Positions 1 through 8,660 are shown, numbered from the stretch's first letter. The stretch is 64,000 bases of DNA from a virus (IMGVR_UViG_3300021387_001083:1-64000); one strand, 5' to 3'. Numbers and translations are program-made. Notes: a model not told the origin generated them from the sequence alone.

Positions 1-6
1 AACATT

Positions 7-471
7 ATGGAAAAATTTCTTTTAAAAGCTATAAACAAGTATTATAAGACTCTTAAATCAGTAGGTTATATTGATGCAAAAGAAAAATACTCACTTTTTG
101 TGGTGAGTACTTTATATAGTATGTATCTTGCTTTTGGCAAACTCTTTGATAAGGCAGGAGTTGAAAAACTCAACAAATATGTTAAATGTCTTACAACCAA
201 TAAATGTGTATTTGAAAAAAGCATTCCTTGTTTTACTTATGGTAGTGATGTTGCTGATTCTTTGATTACTATCATAGATAGCGACATTATAACAACCACT
301 AGTGGCAATACAATGGTATCTACTGATAGAACTACTCAAAATTTTACTGATTTTATTATTAGAACGGATATACAACCAGACCAGTTTGTTGTAGGTTATG
401 ACAGTTCTGACAATAATGAATTAGCTATCAATGTAAATGATTTGGGTATATTCTGGGAAGTTGATATTTAA
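7..471 (+). CDS. Hypothetical protein, probably a virion (tail/collar) structural protein of crAss-like phages
   Basis: 154-aa ORF with ATG start. It is first in a tightly packed run of tail-fibre-like genes, and the N-terminus (KYYKTLKSVGYI) resembles crAss-like structural proteins from memory. Confidence 0.4.
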   Translation: MEKFLLKAINKYYKTLKSVGYIDAKEKYSLFVVSTLYSMYLAFGKLFDKAGVEKLNKYVKCLTTNKCVFEKSIPCFTYGSDVADSLITIIDSDIITTTSGNTMVSTDRTTQNFTDFIIRTDIQPDQFVVGYDSSDNNELAINVNDLGIFWEVDI

Positions 472-482
472 AATATTACATT

Positions 483-1100
483 ATGATTAAAGTAAGATTT
501 AAATGGATTAGCAGAGTTAAATTTAATGCTATACCAGTAAAAGACCCTAATACTATATATTTTATATACAATGAGCACGTCCTTTATAAAGGAGACCAAA
601 TGTATGGTGGCATACAAACCATATCATATACAATAGATGAGAATGATGATTATATAGTTACTATTGTAAACGGTGATGGTTCTACTACAGAATTACAGAT
701 AGCTTCTTCTAGTAATTACAACAGACTAAAACAAGCTATAATATTACTACAAGAAGATTTAGATACACATATTGCTACAAAGGGTACTGAAGATACATCT
801 GCTCATGTTAAGTTGACAGATACTCCTATAACTTCGATAGATGAAAACGGTCAAATTACATCTAATCAAGATGTTGCATCAAATATAGCAGTTACCCCTA
901 AAGGCGTAGCTTCTATGATGGATAACTTCAAAGCTTTTTTAAAGTTTCCAAGTTATTTAAAATTTCCAGTAGCTGGTAATGAGAATCTGTTGTATTTGGC
1001 TGAAGATACAGGTTATCTTTGGGTATATAAAAATGGTGGTTATAATCTTATATCAGATAACTGGAGACGTATTAAAGAAATTAAAGGAATAATAGATTAA
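483..1100 (+). CDS. Putative tail-fibre-associated structural protein
   Basis: 205 aa. Motifs KDPNTIYFI, HVKLTD and FPVAGNENLLYL are of the kind seen in phage fibre/baseplate proteins. It is flanked by fibre genes. Confidence 0.4.
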   Translation: MIKVRFKWISRVKFNAIPVKDPNTIYFIYNEHVLYKGDQMYGGIQTISYTIDENDDYIVTIVNGDGSTTELQIASSSNYNRLKQAIILLQEDLDTHIATKGTEDTSAHVKLTDTPITSIDENGQITSNQDVASNIAVTPKGVASMMDNFKAFLKFPSYLKFPVAGNENLLYLAEDTGYLWVYKNGGYNLISDNWRRIKEIKGIID

Positions 1101-1111
1101 ATTATAATATT

Positions 1112-4100
1112 ATGGCTGAAAATACATTAGATGTCAGGTTGTTACATGCAGCTAAGACTTTAGATGACTGGAATAATATAACAACCATTCCTAAACTTGG
1201 TGAAGTCTGCCTTGAAATTCAAGGCAATACTCCACCTTTAAATTATAAAATTAAAATCGGTGATGGTTCTTCAACTTATGCTGCATTACCTTATTTTGGT
1301 ACTGTAGTCAACACTAGTGGTAATGCTAGTGTAGTAGTTGTTGATACAATTACTGATGGTAGTGTTACTAGAAAAGTTCTTAAATTCTATAAATTTACTC
1401 TTACTACAAGTACCGTTAACGGTGTAACCACTATCACCCCTACCATTGGTGATTTAATATTGACTGTGCAAGAAGGTGATGGTATTAATTTTTCTACTAA
1501 TACCACAGATACTTTGGTAAATGTTGAACTTGAAGCTACAACTGCTGATACAGCACAGACTATTGCTGATGGTGGCACTTTTACAACTATTACTAAGGAC
1601 TCTAATAATAGAGCTACTAAATATACTACATTTACATTACCTTCAATTACTAGTAAAATTAATGCCCTTGATGTAGCAGATAACACTGTTATTACAGCCG
1701 AATGGGATAGTACAAATAAACAAATAAAGCTTTATTATGTAAAAGAAACTGATGGTATAATTCAAAAAGGCTCTTTAGCTTATACTATCAATGCCACAGA
1801 TATAGCTCCTGTACAGAATATAACTACAACAGATACTGGTAATAGTGGTTTAGACATTACTATTAGCAACAATGTCAAAGATGTACATCATAAAGCTGTT
1901 ACCCAAAATATCATTGATAATTCGAGTATTGTTGGAGAAAAGGAACTTAACGTTATTACAAATGTTGAAGTTGATTCTTATGGTCATATTACTGGATATA
2001 CTAAAGACAAGTCTACTAATCTTGTAGCAGCTGATATTAAAGCACCAGTTAGACAATCAGACAATTCGATGTGGAACCACCGAGTGACAGGTGGAACTAT
2101 TAACATAGGCGAGGAAACAGCAAAGATTAGTAAATTGAGAGGTAATACTTTGGTGTGGAATCAATTGTTAGGTGAAGGCACTTTTGTCGATATGGGTCTT
2201 CCTAGTGGTAACCTTTGGGCTACATCCAATATTGATGTTACTCAACCTAATAAGTTTGCTGCAAGTCCATTTCAATATGAAGGTTCATTCTTTTCTTATG
2301 GTAATATTGAAGGACACAATCCTATCAGTACTTCTGCTTTTGACTATAACTGGGGCAGTGTTAATAGTCAAGAACCTTGGTATGATGGACAGCCTTACGG
2401 AGATACTGTTGGTGCAGGACTAACTACTAATATACCTGTGGGAGAGACCTATGATGCTGCCCGAGCAAATCTTGGGGCACCGTGGTATACGCCTCAGTCT
2501 GCGGATTTTCAAGAACTGGTTAATAATTGTATTTTTATTAATGCTGATGGTGTTGAAATTCCATCAGATACAACAGATAAAAGAGTGACCGTGAACGGCA
2601 TTGTCGGCCTCTACTTGCAGAGCAAGACCAACGGCAACCGCCTCTTCTTTGCTTGCTCCGGCCACGGCAATGGTACGTCTTGGAACTACCGCGGCTCGTA
2701 CGGCTACTACTGGTCTGCTTCGTTCAACTCCGCTCGCAATGCCCGGAGCTTGGGCTTATACAGCAGTGGTGTCTATCCGCAGGACAACGGCAGTCGGTAC
2801 GTCGGGTTCGCCGTCAGGGCAATAGCCAAAACAAGTGATACAATTATCACAGACCCTAACGGACACAAATACTATGTCAAGAACAAGCAGAATGTTTTTG
2901 ATTTGACCAAGATGTTCGGTGCTGGCAACGAGCCTACTACTGTTGCAGAATTTGAGTCAATGTTCCCTAATTCCTACTATTCATACAACGAAGGTGAGTT
3001 GATTAGTCTGAAACCTACTGGTGTTAAAAGTGTTGGATTTAACCAGTGGGATGAGGAATGGGAGAATGGATATTATTTTTCTAGTACAGGCGCGAAAATG
3101 CCAAGTAGTACACGCATTCGGAGTAAAAATAGCATTGCAGTTTTACCAAATACTCAATATTTTTGCAATCAGCCGATTGAAGAAGGATTAAATATCTGCT
3201 TCTACGATTCAAATGATAATTTTTTGAGTGGCAAGATGGTTTGGAATGTTCAATCATTCACAACTCCAGAAAATGCAAAAAGTCTTCGCTTTTATTTTTC
3301 AGATGTATATGGTTCTGTCTACAATCACGACATCTGCATCAACCTCTCTGACCCTAACCGTAATGGTACTTACGAGCCTTACAAAGAGTCTACTTTGGAT
3401 TTGAGTTGGATTAAATCTATAAAGGACACAGGTGGTAATCTGCTATTTCCTGATGGTGAACTTCACAGTGCAGGCAATATGTATGACGAGGTAGGGGATA
3501 GTTATGCAGTAAAAAGAGTCGGAAGTAGAAATTATACCTCGACAGATGATGATGATAGCACTGTAATTACTGACGGTACTACAACATATTATCCTTTGGC
3601 AGAGCCTGTTACAATCTACTTCGATAAGAAGCCTATGACATATCCTGTCGATGACTTGGGTACTGAAACATTGCTTCCCGAGGGTGTTGACAGCACTACT
3701 GGTGTTCCTTTGAGTGCTCCTTTCAATGGAACTTTTGAGTACAAGAGTAACTTTAAAGATACTGTATTAGACCTTATAAATAAAGTAAATAATGCTAGAA
3801 ATCCTGTTAAAGGTGTTACTAATACTAATCAAACTGTTGATAAATTAGCTATATATGACAGTGTTGAAACAGTCAAATCGAGTAACTATAGTCCTAGTAA
3901 TGCCACTATTGTTGAAGGTGCTACAGATAATGGCATTATTCTTCCTTCTGTAGAGACTATTGTTAATTATGTCAATAGTAAATTATCAAGTGCATTAACA
4001 TACAAAGGTACAATATCCCAATGGTCTGACTTGCCTACAAGTGGCCAAAGTGTAGGTGATATGTATATTGCAGACACTACATTTACTGAAGATGATGTTA

Positions 4101-4984
4101 CATATCAAGCAGGAGATTTCTTTATATGGAATGGTACTGATTGGGATATTGTATCAGGTACCACAAGTGTTGTAAACAGTAATCCTACTCTTACACCTAA
4201 CGGTAATACATATCAAGTAGGTACTGTTGATGGTAGACCTTTACAAGTGACTACTCCTAATCTTAATTATCCCAGCAGTCCTATTTCTTCAGTTGGTCAA
4301 TCTATTGACTTTATAGATACTGTAAGTCAAACTAACGGTTTAGTTAATGCTACAAAGAAAGCCATTCCTTCCGCTAGGACTATAGTAAATGGTACTAATT
4401 ACGATATATTAGTACCGCTGAGTGCATCTTTATGGTCTTCAATATATGCTCCTACTACTGCTGGCACAAATGGGCAATTTTTAAAATCTACAGCAGGTAC
4501 ACCAATATGGGCTACTTTAGGTATTGGCGATTTAGGTTTATATTCTAAAAACTTAAAACAGAACCTTAATGGTCAAGATATTAATCTAGGTAATATTATC
4601 CGTAATTCTAATGAGGATTTAAATTTACCTGCATTTTATGCACCATTAAATGCTGGTACTGCTTATAATTTGTTAATATCAAATGGTAGTGGCGCTCCAA
4701 GTTGGACTACTTTTCTTTCCACTGACAATGGTTATCTTAAAAAAACTGCTAACGGTGGATGGTCTTTAGACCCTTATGGAGGAGGTGCTAAAGAATCAGT
4801 AATGAATGATGGTTCAGTAATTACTGCTTCTTCTTCAGCTACAGCAGGTCTTAGAAAACAAACTGGAACCAATACTTATGAATATCAGAAGATTTCTTTT
4901 GCTGCTATTACTAATGATACTACAACTGATCCTACAACTGGTAACAACGCTGTAACAATAATACTTAATGGTAATTTTAATTAA
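1112..4984 (+). CDS. Tail fibre / receptor-binding protein with an N-terminal Mtd_N-like domain and an internal C-type-lectin-fold (Fib_succ_major/DUF1566-like) DGR-target-type domain
   Basis: 1290 aa, Thr/Asn/Ser-rich. The N-terminal motif W...IPKLGEVCLE...KIKIGDGSSTYAALPY is Mtd_N-like. An internal domain at 2183-2824 runs VDMGLPSGNLWA...GYYWSAS...RYVGFAVRAI, typical of Bacteroidota DGR target domains. Confidence 0.75.
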   Translation: MAENTLDVRLLHAAKTLDDWNNITTIPKLGEVCLEIQGNTPPLNYKIKIGDGSSTYAALPYFGTVVNTSGNASVVVVDTITDGSVTRKVLKFYKFTLTTSTVNGVTTITPTIGDLILTVQEGDGINFSTNTTDTLVNVELEATTADTAQTIADGGTFTTITKDSNNRATKYTTFTLPSITSKINALDVADNTVITAEWDSTNKQIKLYYVKETDGIIQKGSLAYTINATDIAPVQNITTTDTGNSGLDITISNNVKDVHHKAVTQNIIDNSSIVGEKELNVITNVEVDSYGHITGYTKDKSTNLVAADIKAPVRQSDNSMWNHRVTGGTINIGEETAKISKLRGNTLVWNQLLGEGTFVDMGLPSGNLWATSNIDVTQPNKFAASPFQYEGSFFSYGNIEGHNPISTSAFDYNWGSVNSQEPWYDGQPYGDTVGAGLTTNIPVGETYDAARANLGAPWYTPQSADFQELVNNCIFINADGVEIPSDTTDKRVTVNGIVGLYLQSKTNGNRLFFACSGHGNGTSWNYRGSYGYYWSASFNSARNARSLGLYSSGVYPQDNGSRYVGFAVRAIAKTSDTIITDPNGHKYYVKNKQNVFDLTKMFGAGNEPTTVAEFESMFPNSYYSYNEGELISLKPTGVKSVGFNQWDEEWENGYYFSSTGAKMPSSTRIRSKNSIAVLPNTQYFCNQPIEEGLNICFYDSNDNFLSGKMVWNVQSFTTPENAKSLRFYFSDVYGSVYNHDICINLSDPNRNGTYEPYKESTLDLSWIKSIKDTGGNLLFPDGELHSAGNMYDEVGDSYAVKRVGSRNYTSTDDDDSTVITDGTTTYYPLAEPVTIYFDKKPMTYPVDDLGTETLLPEGVDSTTGVPLSAPFNGTFEYKSNFKDTVLDLINKVNNARNPVKGVTNTNQTVDKLAIYDSVETVKSSNYSPSNATIVEGATDNGIILPSVETIVNYVNSKLSSALTYKGTISQWSDLPTSGQSVGDMYIADTTFTEDDVTYQAGDFFIWNGTDWDIVSGTTSVVNSNPTLTPNGNTYQVGTVDGRPLQVTTPNLNYPSSPISSVGQSIDFIDTVSQTNGLVNATKKAIPSARTIVNGTNYDILVPLSASLWSSIYAPTTAGTNGQFLKSTAGTPIWATLGIGDLGLYSKNLKQNLNGQDINLGNIIRNSNEDLNLPAFYAPLNAGTAYNLLISNGSGAPSWTTFLSTDNGYLKKTANGGWSLDPYGGGAKESVMNDGSVITASSSATAGLRKQTGTNTYEYQKISFAAITNDTTTDPTTGNNAVTIILNGNFN
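2585..2827 (+). other. DGR variable-region (VR)-like, GC-rich segment inside the tail fibre gene
   Basis: Hand count gives 142/240 G+C (about 59%) for 2581-2820 versus 15/60 (25%) in the preceding 60 nt. Codons at the expected variable positions are NNC/NNT (cac, tac, agc, ggc, tat, gac, agt, gtc), and the segment ends in the GF(A/S)VR motif. Confidence 0.7.
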
Positions 4985-4986
4985 TT

Positions 4987-5682
4987 ATGTCTGAAAATAT
5001 TTTATATGCAAGATTACAACACGCTGTAGAACATACTGAGGATAATACTCAAGTGCCAGCTAATGCATCAGTGCCACTAAATGGAGAGATTGTGTTTAAT
5101 AGTGACAGGACTAACTTTAAAGTTGGCAGTGGTACTACTGAATACAGTAGTTTATCTTATATTTTACCTGAGATACCCGAAAGATGTGTAATTATCACAC
5201 CATCAAGTAATAGTCATTTAACTAATTTGTACAACAACAGTTTTTTGACAAATCCAAACGCAACAAAATTCTCAGTTTTTGAACCAGGTGGAACGATAAG
5301 ATTAATACCTGATTATGTTACAAGTGATAGTATACAATTCTTTATGTTGAATTTAAGTGTTTTAAATTCTAACTTAATAAATGATGTGGAATACACTTTT
5401 GATTTTAATATACAACCAAATAACAATTCACCGGTATCAAATCCTGATAATGTATTTTTTGTCTGTACAAATACGGACCAATATCAGTATATATTAAATT
5501 ATACAGATTGGGGTAATGAAGTTACTCATACATTTAATGATATAGTTTTTCGTGGATTTCAAAAGCCAACCATTTACCCTTCATCGCCATTTAGTTATTT
5601 ACGATGTCAGTGTGTTAAAATTAAGAAACATACTGTTATTATATCAGGTAATATAGAAGTGACTTATTTTTTTATTTATTAA
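4987..5682 (+). CDS. Tail-fibre-type protein with an Mtd_N-like N-terminus
   Basis: 231 aa. The N-terminus LYARLQHA...VPLNGEIVFNSDRTNFKVGSGTTEYSSLSY parallels the N-terminus of 1112..4984. Confidence 0.55.
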   Translation: MSENILYARLQHAVEHTEDNTQVPANASVPLNGEIVFNSDRTNFKVGSGTTEYSSLSYILPEIPERCVIITPSSNSHLTNLYNNSFLTNPNATKFSVFEPGGTIRLIPDYVTSDSIQFFMLNLSVLNSNLINDVEYTFDFNIQPNNNSPVSNPDNVFFVCTNTDQYQYILNYTDWGNEVTHTFNDIVFRGFQKPTIYPSSPFSYLRCQCVKIKKHTVIISGNIEVTYFFIY

Positions 5683-5693
5683 TAATATAAATC

Positions 5694-7412
5694 ATGGCAA
5701 TAAAGAAAAGATTAACAGGACAAGACTTTTGTGATTGTCTTCCTTGTGAAGAAAGAAAACAAACAATTTATCCTTATGCTTTATTTGACACTGTTGTTAT
5801 AGATGATACATCAAATTCAAATTTATATGATTGGCTGTTTAAAGATCTTAATGGCGAATATCTTGATATAACTGATTCTCTATTGGATTTTCTTACAAAA
5901 TATTGGGCTCAAACAAACCCATTTAATCTGCCTATAGCGTCACCAAATACTCTCGGTGGTATAAAGGTAGGCAACAATCTTTCTATAACAGCAGATGGCG
6001 TTTTAAATGCAACAAATACAACTTACGATATATTTGGTAGTAATGCGGGTTTAGTGCCAGCAAGTAATAGTTCTACAAAATTTTTAAGAAGCGATGGTAC
6101 ATGGCAAAATATAGAATTTTCCAATATACCTATAGCTACAAATGATACACTTGGAGGAGTTATAGTAGACGATACGTATCTCACAATAAATTCTAATGGT
6201 TTGCTTGGTTTAAACATCAATGCGTTATCGATACCGGATTTTACAATAACCAATCTTTCGGATAATGGTTTATTGTTAGGCACTATAATTACAGGAGGAA
6301 ATTATAATATTAAAGTTCCCTATGCTTCTGCAGATACTTTCGGTGTTGTGAAAGCTGGTAGAAATATAATAATAACAGATGGTATTATATCAGTGGACAT
6401 AGGTACTATTATAGGAAGTATAAGTCTAGATAACGATGTTATTTTACCAATAATAGATAACAATGTAAATATTCCTGTATTTCAACCAAGTACTGATATA
6501 AATCATGGTGTTGCTGGTTTAGTTCCTGCTCCAACGATGTATTTATTGCCGTCAAACGAATATTATTTGAAAGCTAGTGGCCGTTGGGATAAATTACATG
6601 CAACATACGTAAACGATGATACAAATCATACTACGCCAGTACCTGAAATAGGAGCTGTAAGAATCGGAAGCTCTCCAGGCATATCCAGTGAAAACGTGAC
6701 TTATGCCTGTTGGCGAGACAGTAATAAGCCAATACATCAAGACGGACGTATTTTGAAAAGTGATTGGTTTGTTGTTAATCCTCCACAAAGAGAACCAAAC
6801 AGATATTATGCTATTGAAGTTGACAGTGCGGGAGTACCATTTGTCAATGTTCCTTGGGGTAGTATTGAAGAAATAAATGTTGCTACACAAGAATCTTTAG
6901 GAGGTATAAAGATTGGGTTTGTTACGGATGAATCAGGAAGAGATTACGCTGTTGAACTGGATTCAGAAACAAAAAAAGCATATGTGCATGTTCCATGGTC
7001 TAGTAGTGGAATAAGTATTGCTACAGACAATGTTATTGGTGGTTTTAAAACTGGATATACACAAACTGGTAAAAATTATCCTGTACAAATATCTGATGGC
7101 AAGGCTTATGTAAGCGTTCCTTGGGCATCATATAATGTTGTTACATCTTCTTATGATGGCTTAATGAGTAGTGCTGATAAAATTAAACTTAATGGTATAT
7201 CGAATGGTGCTCAACAAAACGTAATAGAGAAAATATTGGTCAACGGCACTGAAATCAGGTCAGAATCAAAAATTGTAAATATTGAAAGTTACGTATTGAT
7301 GAATTCAGAAGACTTATATAAATTCTTCGAAGAAATTCCTGAAGAAGGTGTATATGAAGCTAAGGTAGAAGGTTATTATTTAGTAAATACAGAATTAGTT
7401 AAAAAAGAATAA
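5694..7412 (+). CDS. Tail fibre/spike-like protein with repeated IAxxxTLGG(I/V)K(V/I)G motifs
   Basis: 572 aa with five copies of the LGG-type fibre repeat and three Y(A/P)(V/I)x..(Y/F)VxVPW repeats. Confidence 0.6.
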   Translation: MAIKKRLTGQDFCDCLPCEERKQTIYPYALFDTVVIDDTSNSNLYDWLFKDLNGEYLDITDSLLDFLTKYWAQTNPFNLPIASPNTLGGIKVGNNLSITADGVLNATNTTYDIFGSNAGLVPASNSSTKFLRSDGTWQNIEFSNIPIATNDTLGGVIVDDTYLTINSNGLLGLNINALSIPDFTITNLSDNGLLLGTIITGGNYNIKVPYASADTFGVVKAGRNIIITDGIISVDIGTIIGSISLDNDVILPIIDNNVNIPVFQPSTDINHGVAGLVPAPTMYLLPSNEYYLKASGRWDKLHATYVNDDTNHTTPVPEIGAVRIGSSPGISSENVTYACWRDSNKPIHQDGRILKSDWFVVNPPQREPNRYYAIEVDSAGVPFVNVPWGSIEEINVATQESLGGIKIGFVTDESGRDYAVELDSETKKAYVHVPWSSSGISIATDNVIGGFKTGYTQTGKNYPVQISDGKAYVSVPWASYNVVTSSYDGLMSSADKIKLNGISNGAQQNVIEKILVNGTEIRSESKIVNIESYVLMNSEDLYKFFEEIPEEGVYEAKVEGYYLVNTELVKKE

Positions 7413-7801
7413 TGATGAAAAAGTTATTTCTCTTTTTAATACCGTTCATCATAGTTAGCTGTAAGACAGTAGAAAAAGTTGTGGAAGTTCCTGTGGAGGT
7501 TGTTAAAACTGAATATAAAGATGTTTATCACCACGATTCTATTTTTCAAAAGGAATATGTGAACGTTTACGTCAAAGGAGATACTGTTTTTAAAGACAGT
7601 ATTGTTACAAAATATAAGGAAAAACAAGTTCATGATACGCTTATAACTCATGATACAATTCCTAAAGTAGTACCAATGGAAAAAATTGTTGAAAAAAAAG
7701 TTCCTCAATGGTGGCCTGTATGGTTAATGTTAATATTAGGTATTGTAGTCGGTATGTTTTTCTTATTAAAAAATACATTTGAAAAAATTAAACAAAAATG
7801 A
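7412..7801 (+). CDS. Lipoprotein with C-terminal transmembrane helix; candidate unimolecular spanin
   Basis: Signal peptide II/lipobox MMKKLFLFLIPFIIVS-C, a beta-rich middle (VEVPVEVVKTEY...DTVFKDSIV), and a C-terminal TM helix WWPVWLMLILGIVVGMFFLL followed by basic residues. Confidence 0.6.
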   Translation: MMKKLFLFLIPFIIVSCKTVEKVVEVPVEVVKTEYKDVYHHDSIFQKEYVNVYVKGDTVFKDSIVTKYKEKQVHDTLITHDTIPKVVPMEKIVEKKVPQWWPVWLMLILGIVVGMFFLLKNTFEKIKQK

Positions 7802-7806
7802 ATGAA

Positions 7807-7923
7807 ATGGCAAAAGTAAAAGATTCAAAAAGTTCTCGTAGAAACAGACCTCATGCTGTTCCGAGAAAAGCTGGTGTACACCCTGGAAGAGGTTATGGAA
7901 AAGGTGGAAAGCTGTGTAAGTAA
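7807..7923 (+). CDS. Small basic peptide (38 aa) missing from the ORF track
   Basis: Read by hand: ATG at 7807, MAKVKDSKSSRRNRPHAVPRKAGVHPGRGYGKGGKLCK, TAA at 7921-7923. It fills the gap directly after the lipoprotein stop. Confidence 0.4.
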   Translation: MAKVKDSKSSRRNRPHAVPRKAGVHPGRGYGKGGKLCK

Positions 7924-8305
7924 AAATTTATATAGGGTATTTCTTTTAATATTGAAAGTTATACCCTATATAGTTTCTATAGGTTCTTTGATAAATATGA
8001 TTTTGTATTATTATGATATAGAATTGAAAATCATGGATTATACATTATCGTGTTCTATATTACCTTGGCTATTTATCTATATAAGCAGCTTTTTGTTCAA
8101 ATTCTGTCTTTATCATAGAATACCTTTATATTATATTGCTATAAGTGATATAATAAATTTTATAGACTCTGTATATGGTATACCTATAGATACATATTAT
8201 TATATGATGTTACATTATATAATTGCCGGTGTGTTTATGATATTGTTTATCTATTTTAAAAGACATGCAAGAAATATTAGAAAACATTTTGACTGCAATA
8301 CTTGA
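7895..8305 (+). CDS. Small multi-pass membrane protein (possible holin-like); ORF track start 7853, likely start ATG 7895
   Basis: About 4 hydrophobic segments (KVIPYIVSIGSLINMILYY; SCSILPWLFIYISSFLF; IPLYYIAISDII; MMLHYIIAGVFMILFIYF). It lies next to the spanin candidate. Confidence 0.5.
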   Translation: MEKVESCVSKNLYRVFLLILKVIPYIVSIGSLINMILYYYDIELKIMDYTLSCSILPWLFIYISSFLFKFCLYHRIPLYYIAISDIINFIDSVYGIPIDTYYYMMLHYIIAGVFMILFIYFKRHARNIRKHFDCNT

Positions 8306-8588
8306 TAAAATACATTCAGGGAATTGCAATATGAGTGAAGTGCAATTTGAAAGGGCTATAAAAGCATTGCGTCCTTATACATTATATGATCCATATGTTA
8401 CTGCTTATAAAGCATATACATATTTAGGTGTATGTCCTAAAACATTTAAAACATTAATTGATAAAGGTGAAATTCCTCAAGGTGTTAAGGAATCTGGTTA
8501 TTCTACACTTAGATGGCTTAAAACTGACATCTTGGAATACAGCAAAAAATCCGGAAAAATAAATAAACACGGATTTACTTTAGATTAA
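8265..8588 (+). CDS. Helix-turn-helix DNA-binding protein (excisionase/AlpA/HTH_17-like)
   Basis: The C-terminal half TAYKAYTYLGVCPKTFKTLIDKGEIPQG...LRWLKTDI matches the MerR/Xis-type winged HTH pattern. Confidence 0.6.
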   Translation: MQEILENILTAILDKIHSGNCNMSEVQFERAIKALRPYTLYDPYVTAYKAYTYLGVCPKTFKTLIDKGEIPQGVKESGYSTLRWLKTDILEYSKKSGKINKHGFTLD

Positions 8589-8660
8589 GAAAAAACACAT
8601 ATTGGTTTTCAAGTTTTTATAAGAGAATTACATACTTTAGGTATTTAAAACTTTTTGTTG

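Noticed and set aside
2601-2838. Alternative-frame ORFs 2601..2825 and 2653..2838 within the fibre gene
   Set aside because: They are a by-product of the GC-rich VR-like segment having few stop codons. They have no plausible start context or protein features.
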